A stretch of DNA of 62,763 nt, counting the filler, from Rhabdomonas costata (lineage: Eukaryota): assembly GCA_019059605.1 (NCBI GenBank). It is 27 parts of 27 records of this genome, joined end to end, with 100 filler letters (N's around TTAATTAATTAA, not from the genome) between each part and the next. Parts side by side here need not be neighbours in the genome. Positions count along the whole stretch, not along the records: positions 23,267 to 25,491 come from JAHMHO010004718.1; positions 25,592 to 27,818 come from JAHMHO010004719.1; positions 27,919 to 30,143 come from JAHMHO010004720.1; positions 30,244 to 32,468 come from JAHMHO010004721.1; positions 32,569 to 34,793 come from JAHMHO010004722.1; positions 34,894 to 37,114 come from JAHMHO010004723.1; positions 37,215 to 39,439 come from JAHMHO010004724.1; 20 more parts are not named here. One strand, 5' to 3'. Under the pieces are notes generated by a model that saw only the letters and a list, made by a program, of their open reading frames with translations, did not search any database and was not told where the DNA came from. Made by a program: the position numbers and the translations under genes. Shown here piece by piece: positions 24,582 to 38,571 of this stretch. The first letter of the stretch is position 1. Each line of letters begins with the position of its first letter.

Positions 24582-27100
24582 TTTGGTATGGGGTTTGAAC
24601 TTGGAGGAGTCAAAATATTTCTTCGGTCATTCAGGGCCGACTGCCGACTGCAACTGTCTGAAGTTGGCCTTAATTGCACTCTTCCTGTAAATACGGTGGT
24701 ATTGATTTAGAAAAAAATAAGGGTGTTTCAGTGGGTAAATTATACTATATCAGGTTTACTCCCTTATTTCTGGGAACCATATATACCCTCCTTACATTCA
24801 CTTCGCTAGCACCTGCTGGTAAATGCCTTATAAATGAAAATACCAGGAACTGTCCTGAAAGGTTCCCGGTTCGATTCCCCGAAATCTGATGATGCAATCC
24901 TCTCTAGAACTTAACCCAACTATCGCACACAGAGGCGGATATGGAGCCATAATAAGTGGTAAAATATTGTTCTCAGCGATAATACCGCACCACTTCCGCA
25001 GTGTGGGTTTTTGCCTGAGTGTTCCAGTTGAGGCGTTCCACTGACTCCCTCCACCCTATCCACCACACAGGACGCACACCCCGTGGACACGCCAATCACC
25101 GGGATCTGCATCACCAATGACAACCGTCTGCTGGCCTCACGAGGAGGGTCCTGCCCCTCCCCCCTTTCCATTTCGGTGTTCCATGTTTCTGTTTGTGAAC
25201 CGATTGCACCGATGCCCCCGCACAAAACGGCCTTCTGGGTTTCACCAGAAAACCAGAAAACGGGAAGCAAAAGTACTTTGTCAAAACGGCAACGTGGGCA
25301 CAAAGGAGTCAAGACACGGTTTCTTTTGTGATGCTCATTACACTTCGGTTCAGTAAAGGATGTCGGACACATTTGGTTCCGGACCCAACACACCCAAAAT
25401 CCACATCCGCAGAGGAGACTCGATTACCATTCGGTGACCGCTGGCGGCCTGGGTCAGTCGATCACGTCATTGCTCAGCACTGCTCAGTTTTNNNNNNNNN
25501 NNNNNNNNNNNNNNNNNNNNNNNNNNNNNNNNNNNTTAATTAATTAANNNNNNNNNNNNNNNNNNNNNNNNNNNNNNNNNNNNNNNNNNNNGAGGCAGGA
25601 TTTGGCCGCTGGAACTGACGCTTGGATTACTTTGTTGCCACATCGCGGATCCTCTTGTTGAATGCATTTGTGTAGGCTGGGTGAGTACTGAATTACGCCC
25701 CGCGCGGCATGACGGCATCCAAGGCCTTTGTTTCGCAGGGATAGCATATTTGATGGTGTGATTGAAGGTTAGATTTGAATCATTTCGAGACACTTTCGAG
25801 ACACATTAATTTGAGCGCCGGTGGCGGTGGGGGGACCCTGTGGCTTCCTCTTCTTGAGACTTTACGAGCGGAGCGAGGAAGAGCGTTGGGATGAGGAGCG
25901 TAGCGAGAGCGTCATCGTAGGTGGTCTTCTTCTTGCGGAGCCCCACGAGCATAAGAGGACTGGAAAACACAGCGCGACGGGGACACAGGAGCCGTGCCCT
26001 AAGCCGCCATTCCCACCAAGGGAAAAGAGAAGGGAAGAAAAACACCGTGGTCAAAAATGCAAGTGCAATTGCAGCAAGTGTGAACGCAAAGATACGTAGA
26101 GCGTACAAAATACACACTCAGGTACATCGGTGCAAAGCAGTGCAGCTACTCGTTGCCAGGCCGAAAACCCTTTTGACGGCATTTAAACGGCAAACGAGAA
26201 AAAAGTCCCAAGCTGCGGTGATGCACCCAGAACACAAAAGGGAAAACACAGGTGTTGGTTGGAAGTGGCAGGACGTGTGGCAAACGGTTCCGTGTGTCGC
26301 GGCAAACCGTGGACGCTAAGCAAAAAGGACAAAAAAAAGGACTTTTGGGAACTGCTGTTTGCACCCTAGTGAGACAGCAGTCACTAAAAGGCTCTCTTGG
26401 GTTCGGTTCCAGGAGAACGGGGGAAGGGCCAAATGCCTGAAAGAAGCGGGAGAAGGCTCCACGGAAGAATGAAAGGATTCTGTCGCTGTGCTGGATGCCA
26501 CGGGGAGCAAACAGTTGAGGGCGGCAGACAGTGAGAGAAGCATGGAGAAGTACAGAGATGGGAAAAGCATCACGCAACTACCCCGAAGACTTCTTCTGTT
26601 CACCAGAGCGGCACAGAGAATGAGGGCAACATCCTTGGAAGGGGAGGCGTGGCGGGTATGCGCACGGATGGATAACACCACAAAGACGCAAAAGGAGATC
26701 TCAGAGGGGTGTATATAGAACCTTGGTAACCGCAGAGTGGGTAAAGACGTTCGTTGCTGAGTGAACTCTGTCGGGGAGGAGGGCTTGGGGGCACAGTACA
26801 GGGAGAGGAAGAATGGAAGGAGGGCAGGAGCCGAAGAGAGACCAAAACGAAGCAGAAAATCGGGCACGCACACCTGTCAGAAAAACACAACGACTAGCGC
26901 ACGGTAGCGCTCGCCCCTTGTTTGTCAACTCAGCAAACCCAGCTTCAACATCCAGCCACCAACGGAGACACGAAACAAGAGCAAACCAAACGTCACCGAA
27001 AAGATGATTCCTTGACACACAGGGAATGGGGCACATCCACGATGTTCCCATGTTCAAATTCCCTCCTCAACCTCCGCTCGTTTCCGGCGCACCAGTACGA

Positions 27101-27132
<32 letters not shown>

Positions 27133-28272
27133 CCAAAAGCAACAAACGTTGATCCCCCCGATGCGGACAAAACCGTTGGTCGGAAAGGGCATGAGCCCAC
27201 CTCTTCAGCAGACCCACTGCCGCGGAAAAGAAACGTACATTCGCAGGGAAAAACGGCAGAGCACAAGATCAATCACACAAGCGTGTCCAAGGGGCAGGAA
27301 AGGCGAAGTGAATCCAATGAACTCCCCTTGCAAAAAAACGCTCTTGCATGGACAGCCACCGTGCAGGAACACAAAGAAGCACCGTGTGGGAACGTGATCC
27401 CTCGGAAGAATGCAGTAACCGCACACTGTGCGAAGAAGGCATTTTTCAATGCAGTGCCCGCATCTACAAAAGAAGCCCGATGAAATCTCCCTCCCCCTCA
27501 AAAAAAGGCCAATGCAAGGGCACCACTTCCCAGTACATCACTTCCCATTATGGTAATCGGGCTCCGTAGGGCTGCGACGACAACTAAACAGCCGCTTAAA
27601 CAGTGGATGCTTCCACGGCCGTTTTGGCTCCACAGAAATAGCCTTATCGAGGTATTGTGGGGGCATGGACCCAGAGCGGACCGGGCAGACCCCGAAGAGC
27701 CCCAAAAAGAAGTGCCTGAAAAGGACAGTGGTAAACCAATGGCCGAGAGGATCAACCCTTGCGGTACCTCCAGCTCTCCCAACAGCCTCTCCCAACAAAC
27801 CCCAAACACACCCACCACNNNNNNNNNNNNNNNNNNNNNNNNNNNNNNNNNNNNNNNNNNNNTTAATTAATTAANNNNNNNNNNNNNNNNNNNNNNNNNN
27901 NNNNNNNNNNNNNNNNNNGGGGGTGTGGGCTTTTTTGGCCACAGCTGTGACCAAAAAAGTCCACAGTCACCATCCCATCCCTCCTCGCAGGCAGGTGACA
28001 GTGAGTGAATCAGCCTTTTCTTTACTGCAGTCGTATTCTTTGCATACAGTGAAACAACAGCGGTAGGCCGGCATTGATGTTGCACGCTTTGAAAACGCAA
28101 TGAGAAAGAGCCGTCCCACCCTTCCCGGCAAATTGTTACCCGCCCCAAGGGGAACTGGGCGGGTTCACAGACAGAAGAACACGCACACGAAAAAACAGCA
28201 TTACCACAGATGCGTAAAAGTCTTGGTGAGCTGGAGATGGAGGCCAAAAAATGCACAAGAACAGACACGTGC

Positions 28273-29832
28273 CTGGGGAAGCTGGCGCTCTGCGTCATTG
28301 GTGTCGTCGTCTGAGGAAAAACCCTCGGGGCAGTTCTGCTCCAGCGCCTGCAGGCACTTCACTTGCTGCTCCATCCGCTCCAATGAGCTCACCTGAGCCA
28401 TGCAACAGCAAAAGCACACATGCCCTCAGGGAGTGCGAACGTTTCTCTTTTGCAGTCACTCTTTCTGCGGTTTGCGTGTGGTGTGTGATCGGTGTCTGCT
28501 TTCAGTGAATGTCAGGCGGTCTCGACACAACAGCTGCTAGCTGCTGCTGCGGCATCCGCAGAGGCGCGAAGACTGCCAAGCTGTGCAATGAAAGAGCCAC
28601 AACTGCACATTGCCCACCCATACACTGCTGCAGGGAAGGAGGTCCCGGGCTATGCAAACGGGACGCACGATGGGAAGAAAACAAGTCGTGCTCACCCGGT
28701 TCATCCCAACCCGACCCATAAGGTGTGCACTGAAGGCGCACAGACCACACCACACGCACAAAGTAGCCCGAGGAGCAGGAAGGCTCTTACGCTTTTCTCG
28801 ACTCCATCCTCGCATATGACCTATGCCCGTCAGGCTCCCGCGTCTGGAAGCCCTTGGCAGTACATCGCGGCACACACGACTCATTGGAGGGGAGGGGGTA
28901 GATCTCTACGAATTTAGAAAGAGCTTTGGATTAACGATCGCGGCTGCAGTTGCACCGAGGAGACCAACTTGCGTTCATTGTACCCCAAACGAGGGAGGGC
29001 TGCACAGGTATTCCCTCCCTCCAGGAAATCATCACCAGGAAACCATCGATAAGCATGGTGCCCAGGTGTAAGAAACCTCAAAGAATAGGAAATACTCACT
29101 CCAATCTATTGTAGAGATGTGTTCCCTATGACCGACGACCAAGCCAAACCAGCCCTGGGGGCTGTGTTATACAAAAACGTCCTCCCAACGCGGCACTACG
29201 TGGGCGGTCTCTAACATTCTCAAGTAAGCCAGGAAACATAAACTTTCGCTCTTTTTGGATTGTGTGCTGCTCCTTTCCGAGCCACAGCGGAGTGCTTGTC
29301 CACGACCAACCACAGCGTTGCATTGACGGGGCACGGGCATACCTCTGGTGGCTCGCCCTCACAGTCGCTGTTGTTTCCATCGGAGGCCTCATCCTCCGTG
29401 GGGTCCATCTGCAATGCATCGAAAAGGCTGCCCACCTCTCGCAGGATCACCACAGCCGCCTCCGCCTGAGCGAAAAAACAACAGAACAGCAAATTCACGG
29501 CCCGTGTGTGTGTGCCATAAAAGAAGCCAAGAGCAGAGCACGTGGTTTACGCCGGTGGGATCGAGCGGAAAGCCATTGAAGACCGCCCTGCAGTGGAGAG
29601 TGTAAGTGAGGTGAAAGCAGTAACTCTGGGTTGAGCAGCTGAATGATCTAATGTCTTACCGGAGTGACTGGCGTTTCGACCGGCAGTGGGAGCGAGCGGG
29701 AGAGATGAGAAAAAGGGAGCAAAAGGCAGGCCGAGGGCAAGCGGGGACAGAATGTCATACCTTTCTCTTCCTCGTGGAGTGCCTCAGCCTGCGCTCCTGA
29801 AGCACAAGGACCTGGGCGAGAGCCTTTGCAGT
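28273..29832 (-). CDS. Hypothetical acidic/coiled-coil protein fragment, 3 exons; GC donor at 28272
   Basis: TAKALAQVLVLQERRLRHSTRKRK|AEAAVVILREV...EGEPPE|VSSLERMEQQ...RQLPQ with AG acceptors, GTATG donors and CAG|GCACGT. Confidence 0.55.
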
Positions 29833-32625
29833 GCTGTTGGGCTGCGGCACACACAAACCGTAGGGGATCCCAACCGCACTCACGAGGACTTGGGGTGACG
29901 CCAAACCCCCCAATTGCAACCATTGCCTGACTGCGCACTACTTTTGAGGTTCAAAAGCAATCCGGCAAGGCAGAGCTGCTTGGTGGATAGCTCACATACT
30001 GACCCATGCACGCACGTGTGCTCGCAATGCACCCACAAACCTCAGAAAAGCGCAGGAGTTGTGCGGAACATTTCGATCACCGTAAACAATGCGCGACCCC
30101 ATTCACCCCAAGCACCGGACTCTCTTTGGAAGAGGTTGGGGGGNNNNNNNNNNNNNNNNNNNNNNNNNNNNNNNNNNNNNNNNNNNNTTAATTAATTAAN
30201 NNNNNNNNNNNNNNNNNNNNNNNNNNNNNNNNNNNNNNNNNNNGGAGTTATTCATCAACAACTTGACCGAGATGTTCTTTTTAGTCGAGAACTACCAGAA
30301 GTTTTGGAATTACCAGGTGCAAACCGTTCCCTTGCATTGCGCAATGCCGCGTTCAAAGGTCTGCTGAGGATACAGGGAACCTATTGGTGCCAAATTTTTG
30401 TGCAGACGTTTGGAAGTTTCCCTCAAGAGATTTGTGAGATGTGCCCGCGAAAGAGAGAAGAGTGATGTATCACTCAGCCTGATTCAATTGGTGGGGTTTT
30501 AATGGTATCAGAGTCGGTGATTGGTAGGAACGAGCCCTTTCCCTTCCAAGCTGTTGCGCATCGCTCTTGCCTTGTAATTTGGTTACGTCAACCAGCGAGC
30601 GTTTGTGGTGGAGTTCAAATGTTTGAAGAGTCTTCCCCGTTGTTGGAGTGGAGTGTACTCTTGCTGTATCGCTTGTTTTGCAACAGCGTGCGAGGCCTTT
30701 TTATTATACGCCGTTTAGTTGAGAGACCCCAGCTAGACATTAACCATATTCTGATTCGGCAAATGATTCGGCAATCTGCAGTCATTGCTACGTGCGGACA
30801 GAAGGAAAAGTAAGAAGGTTCAGATGAATCTGAATAGGTCGTGAACCAACGCTGCTGTAGGCGAGAGGTATATCATCGTGCCGAGTGGTGTCCACAGTGT
30901 GAACCGATGCCTTGCGGCTCACAACAGGTTTATAGGGTTCTCCGCGCGAGCACCCTGACAGCGCGCTTTGGGTGCTAGTGACATCTTTTCTTTTCATCCA
31001 TTTTGGGGGTCCATGCTTTCTGCCTTTCTTCTTTCACCCTCTCTCTCTGTGCCTGTCTGTCGCTCAAATCCGACAAAGGACGGCAAGGAAAGGAACCTAA
31101 TTGTGTGCTACGCCTTTCCGTGCTTCCATATTACCATCTCGCTTCTCTCCTCTGCAGAGGGAGCATCCGTGGCATTACGGGCTGTGCTCCATCCCGGTCC
31201 GGCTGCGGACTCTGAACAGGCTGATTGTTAACTCCAGGGCGACACGGCGCTCGCAGGCCCCTGGCCTGGGTGCGAGTGGGGTGCTGCGCCTGGGACAGAG
31301 CATGTACTTCGGGGGCCCCAAGGCCCCCCCGTCGCCCTCCTCGGCAACCAAGACGGTGCACGGACTGGCCAGCTTGAGGTGTATGCGTGAGACTTCTGTA
31401 GCGAGTTCTTTCTTTGTCCAGGAGGCGTATATAAGGGGGAGGGAGCACAACAAGGAAAGGGGTATTGGGCGCCAAGGCATCCATCCAATCAGTAAAGTAT
31501 CATCAACGCGGTGGAAGATGATCTTCCTTAGAGGACATTGCTCATTTTTCGTTCGGCATGTTGTCCAGATCAGCTTGCTTCCCTTGCTTGCACTGTGGCC
31601 TTCGTTCGTGCAGGTCAGGAACATCCTGGATTCTGGTTTTGTTGTTGCTGGTGTTTAAGAGGCTGCCACGGTGGCGATTGGTGGTGGCAAGTGGCCGCGC
31701 TCTTCTGGGCAGCCAGGGTTTGGATTGCTTAATGTGGATGCTTTAGGTCAATGAGCGATGCCGTGATCGCGGTGAACGACGTCCCATCACGGGTGGGCGA
31801 GTCCCCGGTGTGAGCATACAATAAAGATGGGGAGAGATGGGGAGAGGTTTGGTTTCGTCGATGTCGTGTTCATTTTTATTGCATGATGCATCCTGAAGGA
31901 CTGTGCGCATTCAGATTACAGCCATCGTTTGCGGAATTATTCTTGTTCCAGTTCTCCTCAGAACTCTTTAGTTGTCTTTTTGTTGGGGGCGGGGTCCCCC
32001 AGCCCCAGCCAACCAGGGCTTCCTGGCTCCCCCAAGAAATGGGGGAGCCAGGACCCCCGAAACCGGACTGGACCAGAGCCGAACCGGACCGAGCAGACTT
32101 TGCATAACCAAAGGTAGAGCCCAGGAGTACTTCATGCTGGCAATGCTTGGGGTTTACAGCCGCCCTAGAGGCCATTTAAGGGCCTTTTTGGGTGTTTTTG
32201 AGGCCCTTTTCATATACACAGGCTTGGAAGGGTCTCTTGGGGGCCTTCAGCAGGCCTGCATATTGAGCCTGAGCTTTCGGCCGGGCCGGCTTAGCATATT
32301 AAGGATAGTTCCCAGGATTGCTACATGCTGGTACCGGGGTGGGTCGTGATGCTGGCTTAGGTGCATTATACGGGCAATTTTGGGTCACTTGGGTTCTTTT
32401 CAGCCTTCGCTCCTGAAGCGCCTTTGTGGCCTTTGAGCCCCAGCGTTCCGCCGGGGCTAAAAACCAACNNNNNNNNNNNNNNNNNNNNNNNNNNNNNNNN
32501 NNNNNNNNNNNNTTAATTAATTAANNNNNNNNNNNNNNNNNNNNNNNNNNNNNNNNNNNNNNNNNNNNTTGTTTTGGTCCACCAACATCCCCTCCATGTG
32601 TTTGGCTTGGCTGTGGGTTTTTCAG

Positions 32626-32937
32626 GCTGCACTCGAGGCAGTGAACAGGGACAACTGGACTGCACTCCACTTGGCTGCTCACAAGGGCCATGCGGCCGTG
32701 GCAGCCAAGCTTTTGAGGACAAGTGCGGTTGTTGCTGCAAAGGACAGTTACGGATGGACGCCTCTGCATCACGCCGCGTTTAGTGGCCATGCCGCGGTTG
32801 CTGAGCTGCTTGTGGCCGCCAACGCCGTTCCCACGGCTGCAGACAACAACGGCAAAACACCCGCTGACATCGTGAAGCATGGTGCGCACACCGAACTGGC
32901 AAGGCGGCTGCTGGAATATAGCGGTGGTGCTTCCTAA
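32626..32937 (+). CDS. Ankyrin-repeat protein, terminal exon
   Basis: NWTALHLAAHKGH, GWTPLHHAAFSGH, GKTPADI; TTTCAG acceptor; TAA stop. Confidence 0.93.
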   Translation, partial: AALEAVNRDNWTALHLAAHKGHAAVAAKLLRTSAVVAAKDSYGWTPLHHAAFSGHAAVAELLVAANAVPTAADNNGKTPADIVKHGAHTELARRLLEYSGGAS

Positions 32938-35184
32938 ATGTGGCTTTATGAGAAGGGCCCGCACGCTGTGGTGCCTAGCGAGCGTCCGTGCGAAAAATGC
33001 ATCAGCGTTGGTCGCACTTAAGGTCGCATGAAGAAGGATAAACGGACACTTCCTTGAGTGGGGGCTTGTGTGAAGTTTGTGGAATGCGTTGTGGATGCCT
33101 CTAGGGCGACCTCGAGGCAGTGGAAGTGCATTTCTTTCGGGCTCCACTTCACGTGGCGTATGGAATGAGGTTAAGTATCTCTTCTGCGGTGAAGAGCGCT
33201 CATGGCTATCAGTAGCTATCACCAATAATTAAACTGCTCTGGGAGAGTTTTGACAATCCTGCCTTTTTGATTATAAAAAAGCTTGGATTGGTGGCTCCAT
33301 ATCCAGTCCCGCATTTTCCGCCACTGCTGGTTACGACAATTCTAAAAACGCGGAATACCAACATTACGCTCTTGGTCCGAAAGTGACGAACGTCCCAAGG
33401 TGGAAGCGGCACTATCGGAAATCCACGACGGAAACATCGGCAAGACACGACCATATTTTTCCCAGGTGCTGTGGCCGCGGTTGTGTGCGAGGGCTCGGTT
33501 TCCCGAACCCCGTACTGGGCCCAGAAATAACCTTCCGACTGCCCCAAAACGGACCGAACGGCGTCGAACGGCAACACCCCTCGTGGCAAAGCGGGGCGTT
33601 TTGAGGCGTCAGCGGACGAAAAGGGAACCGGAACACGGAATTAAAAGTTTTAAAGGGGAAAAGGCAAAGGACGACCGCCGCAGATTTAAACATAAACACC
33701 CATCCGGAATAGGCGCCTTGGAAGAAGGAAAGCGCCGAGGAGGCCCGCCCATCACATCGTTCGGGTAAAGGGCGCGTTGCCGCAACGGAATCAACGGAAT
33801 CGTGACAGCCTTTTGTTTGCCGTGCCGGTTACCGATCGTTTTACGCGGTAGTGCTTATGCCACTTCGCGACAGGCGGCCGAAGAAGGGAGCAGCACGGAG
33901 CAAAAAAATATAATAAGCAAAAAGTGAAAATAAAAGCAAATAAAATCCGTTTTGCGGGGCCGCCCCGCTCACGGGAACGTTGCGTGCGGCCGCCGTGCCG
34001 TTGGAGGTTTTCAGGTTCAGCCTGTTGTTGTCTATTCGCGGTGTGCTCGAACTGGGTTGTGTTTGGCTCGCGTGATTGCGCCGATCAAGCGGAGGCCACG
34101 TCGTCTAAAGGGTTTATCGTGAGGGAAAACGGCCGCAGCTTTAGAATGGAACGGGGGTTCATGCTGTGGCCGACCGCCATAAGCCCCAGAACAGCCACAG
34201 AGGGCGACCTTGGGCCAGCGGTGCCTTCCGACCGTTAAGGTAGGGGAGGTCGCTTGGCGGCGGCGGCCTTGCAGATACGGTTTCCCAAAGGCCTAAGGCA
34301 GGATTTCCAGTTCGGGACCCCCGTGGAGCGCTGCGCCGTTGGAAGGAGCGACGCCGGTTTATTGCGGAAGAAACCGGGGGTTTTGTGGGTCGAAACGTGG
34401 GTCGAAAATACAACAGCCAGCCTCACCGACAGTTTCCCAACATAAAGACAAAAGATTCAGAGACAAATCGTGCACTGTGATTTCAGAAATGGTTTGCTTA
34501 TGTTTCTTCTCCACTTCCACTGGGCATTCATACGAAAACAGCACGAGAAACTTCCAAGAAGAAAGAGAATAACAGCACGGATTACATAGACCGTGCCTAA
34601 GGGAGTCACAACGACACCAGCCACAGCACCCTCCCACCAGCCCTCCGCAAGAAGCTTTCTCCTGCTCTCTGGCGTTCGTCACATAGTACTCTCCCACTCG
34701 CTCATCTTTTCTCTCTTGTACACACACAGTCTACAAGAAATAAATCCACTTCTCCCGTGTCAGTGGCTGGTTTAAAGCAAACACAAGACACCCNNNNNNN
34801 NNNNNNNNNNNNNNNNNNNNNNNNNNNNNNNNNNNNNTTAATTAATTAANNNNNNNNNNNNNNNNNNNNNNNNNNNNNNNNNNNNNNNNNNNNTTTGTGT
34901 GTGGGTCTGCCCAAGCACAGAGCACGTACGTGTGTGATACTCCCAAAGCCTGAGCGTTTCCTCTGCGTAGTCAGGTCCCAATACATGTGGATCTCTTGCG
35001 GGTCTGTCTTTCACCCATTGTGGTTTGGGACCCTTGAAGGCCTGCGACCTAAGGGACTTTGGAATCGAGCGCGATCTTTGGACGGGACATAGCACCCCCC
35101 CTTCCTCTGTCCTGCTGTTCCCATTCGGAACATTCATTGCTGGCTTAATGTCCTTTCCACTTTAGTTCTTTATCGTCGTCCACA

Positions 35185-36816
35185 GGGTGCCACAGAGGGC
35201 GCCTCTGCCGATGAGGGGGGCCATCCTGAGGAACAGGACGCTCCTCCATCGGTGCCCGCTGAAGCGGCGCAGGAAAAGCCGCGCAGCTCGAGTCCTTGGT
35301 GCGTGCCTGTTTGTTTTAGGTTTTTCCGTTCGCTGTTAACGTCGCGGCATTGCACTGGCATGTTTTGTAGCATTCTCTTTCGTGCTTTCCTTTCCTTAAT
35401 CTTTCCCCCCTTTACCCCCACCCTCGTCACGCACGAAGGATTGAACCATATAAGGCTTCAGAGCCCGCATAGTTTCTCCCACGCTTGAGCACCATGCTGA
35501 TGGTCATCGATACCAGTCTGTGAATGTGCAGAAGAATGGTGGGGGGATTCTTCTCAGCGACTCTCGGACTCTCCGGGTATCCAAGCCGATCCTTCCACTC
35601 CAGCGCTCAAGGAGGAGCACCCCAGAGCCTCCGACGATGTTTCGCTAGCCCCGAAACTTGCTGTGGTGTGCGTGTGTATGTGTGTGAGACCTCGCCCCGC
35701 ATCGCGTCTTCTTCGCCACACCCCAGACACCAGTCTTACGTGTGCAGGTGTATGCATGCGTGCGTACGGGTGGATAGGTATTATAATCATCTGTGGCTGG
35801 CAGGCACCCTGGTGGGACGATGTTTGAAGACATTGATCTTGTTGGTAAAGCTCCGCTGTCGTTTCCGGACCATTTGAACGCTGATTTGCCTTTTTTGTGA
35901 TCTCAGAGAGGTTCTTGGATGGCTTTCTATGGCTTCTCAGGTCAGCCTGAAGCCCGGTACGAGCTGTCTTCAGTGGATCGTGCTGCGAGCCACGTCCTGC
36001 AGCCCGCAGTTCTCCGTGAGGGAGGTCTCCCCAGAGGAGGTAGAGCGGATCAGCCGCGACTACTCGGAGATCCACTACGTCACCCGCCTGGTCGTGCCCA
36101 CAGCGCCGAACCGCACGGTGCGCCCCGCCCCCTTGTCCTCCTCCTCGCAAGTCCTCCCTCTTGTCCCTCCCTCCCTCATCTGTTCACCTTCCACGAATGA
36201 ATTCAGCTTTTGCGGTGACGCCATGTTAGAAAAGCGATGTCACAGCCCGCATAAAGGTCCTGACAACTGTTCCTCCCTTAGAAATGTGGAACTTGAAGTG
36301 CACTTCCTTGTGAATTTGTGCGCATGGGAGGAAGCCACCAAGACCAGACAACCAGAACCAGGCTGACAAACTCTCTGTGCATAATATACATGGGCTGCTT
36401 TTCACCAACCGCTCAGTTGCGCGGATTATCGCGCCGCGATACTTTAACGTATCCATAATGCAAAGTACGATGGCAAGGGACGTACAGGCCGTTCAGTGGA
36501 CGGGTGGAAGATGAGGCTGTTTGGATTGGGTGGTCCGATGCGGTGGGGTGGGGTGGACTGTTGTGCAGGTCGACAGCCCTTCCGTTACGCTCTGCGCCAC
36601 CACCCCGCCGCCGGGGATGCTGGGCCACTGGGTGGTGCTGCGGGGCGGGGCCTCCTTGAGCTCCCCGTTCCGCAACTGCACCGCCGCGGAGGGGCTCTGC
36701 CGGGGCCATAACCTATTTCGGTACACCATCCTGGCCGATCCGGACATCGCCATTCCCCCCGCCGTAGTCAGGGTGACCAGCACCCGTGGTGCATCCCCCG
36801 TTTGCGCCGATACTGG
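35185..36816 (+). CDS. Hypothetical multi-exon protein fragment
   Basis: GC-rich exon-like blocks at ~35185-35298, 35941-36117 and 36569-36816, bounded by CAG and GT; no family recognised. Confidence 0.4.
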
Positions 36817-38102
36817 TATGGGTTTGCGTTGGCGAGGGCATGTAGACGCGGGCGGGAAGACGAAAGTCAACGGCAGTAGTCTCCGTGCAAGTGCAATGAA
36901 TATGCTTGCTTCAGAAGCGCAGTACAGGGTATTTCACAACCACAGGCTGGCACACACAATTTTCAGCACGTGGAACGGTACTGAGGATTTTCTCTCTAAT
37001 ATTTCCAGTAGCTCCTGCTCAGCATAAGTTTTTGCCGAGGCTGTTCTTCAAGAACCAAGTCCGAGAAAACTGTGTGCGAGTCTCTGCATCGGCGCTTTTT
37101 CTGGGTCTTGTTTTNNNNNNNNNNNNNNNNNNNNNNNNNNNNNNNNNNNNNNNNNNNNTTAATTAATTAANNNNNNNNNNNNNNNNNNNNNNNNNNNNNN
37201 NNNNNNNNNNNNNNTGGTGAATACGGTGCGGGCAAAAGCTGACATTGTTGAAGTTGCATTCCTATCGTAGCGCGCTCTCTCCTCCTGCTTGGTTTCTTTG
37301 CTTAGATGTGCAGCGCACTCACCTGTCGCCTTTTCTCAACCCAGTTCTCGTGATCTCTTCTCCGCATGGGGGCACCTTCATCCATCCAGCTCTCGGGGAT
37401 CGAACCCCCATCCCAACCCATTATCACTCCGGTAATCCTCATCAGAATCTTCCTTTTTTGTTTCATTGATATATCCGCCGTTTGAGTTTGCTGTTTTGGC
37501 ACCCTGGTGAGCCGTTGCGGGTGCAAGCGGGTCGCTTTGAACCGATTCCCAGGCAAAAGTGAATAGAAGTAAAGTAAATCTTTTCGTTCGTCCGTTCGGT
37601 CGTTCAAACGCCTGGATTGTGCGAAAAGGGCGACGCTCATTCGCCTCGCAAGCTGCTGACTTTGAGGGGTTGAGAGGGAGAACGTATCCCATTGGGAAAC
37701 AGATACCCATCGAAATGGTGCCCCCCCCCCAAAGGTTGTTGGCTCATAACCTCGCACATAAAGGAAATCCCGAAAGTGAAAACATACTGCGGAACGAATT
37801 CCGATATGAAGTTTTTCACGGTGTACTTTCAAAAACGCTTGCCATTTTCGGGGTTGGACATCCTGTTGCCGTCAAAAGTAAGTTCTTGGTTTGATTTCGT
37901 TACGGCGTTACCTGCAGTACGTATAATCTTGTCGAAGTCCCCTGACCCCGTTTCATCTTCTCCCCAGTTGCAAATACAGTGCAGCAATGTTGTCAAAATG
38001 CAGTCAAGTCAAGGTGGATTCGCGTGCTGCCCGGGATCTGCAGACCCAAAAACTCCAGCCCTCACCCTTCATCCCTTCCGGCGTGCTTTGCTCACGGTGC
38101 AG

Positions 38103-38571
38103 TGTGTGAGGCTTCTGCTCGGGGCCAAAGCCGACGTAACCCTTGACGGCGAGGGGCAGGTGCTTGCCCGTGCCTGCCGCAGCGGAGCCCGTGACATCGT
38201 AGCCGCTCTGCTGGAGGCCGGGGCGCGGCCCCCGGAAGGGCAGGTCTTTGGGGGGTGACGTTCCTTGGAGGGCGTTCTTTGATACTATTCATACCATTGG
38301 TTCACCTCTCCTTGCATTGCTTTGTGGGTACATATGGTGGGGGCGTGCTTCCCTTTCCTTTTTCCTCTTTTCCCCCGTCGTTTGCTGCTCTTCTTTTACA
38401 CGCCAGCTTGCAGGTGCCGGTTAGTAAGGCTGTGGAGGACAATAAATGGTCCTCTTGATTTTTCACGCACCTCTCCTTCAGGCGGCGGAGTCATGGATCA
38501 GCTCAGTGGCCAAGGGTTTCGCCCCCGTTGAGGAGCTGTTGCGAGCTCATCTGCCTGCCTCACATCAGTGA
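38103..38571 (+). CDS. Ankyrin-like protein C-terminus; exons 38103-38243 and 38482-38571
   Basis: CVRLLLGAKADV...LARACRSGARDIVAALLEAGA..Q|AAESW...VEELLRAHLPASHQ*. Confidence 0.7.

Noticed and set aside
24805..24882. tRNA or SINE-like A box and B box (GGTTCGATTCC); similar T-loop strings at ~7760 and ~37395
   Set aside because: No cloverleaf or acceptor stem can be formed; at most decayed SINE heads.
33300..34450. GC-rich tracts with many overlapping ORFs (also ~43400-44050 and ~55380-55790)
   Set aside because: No recognisable motif or splice pattern; probably decayed repeats, but this cannot be supported without a search.
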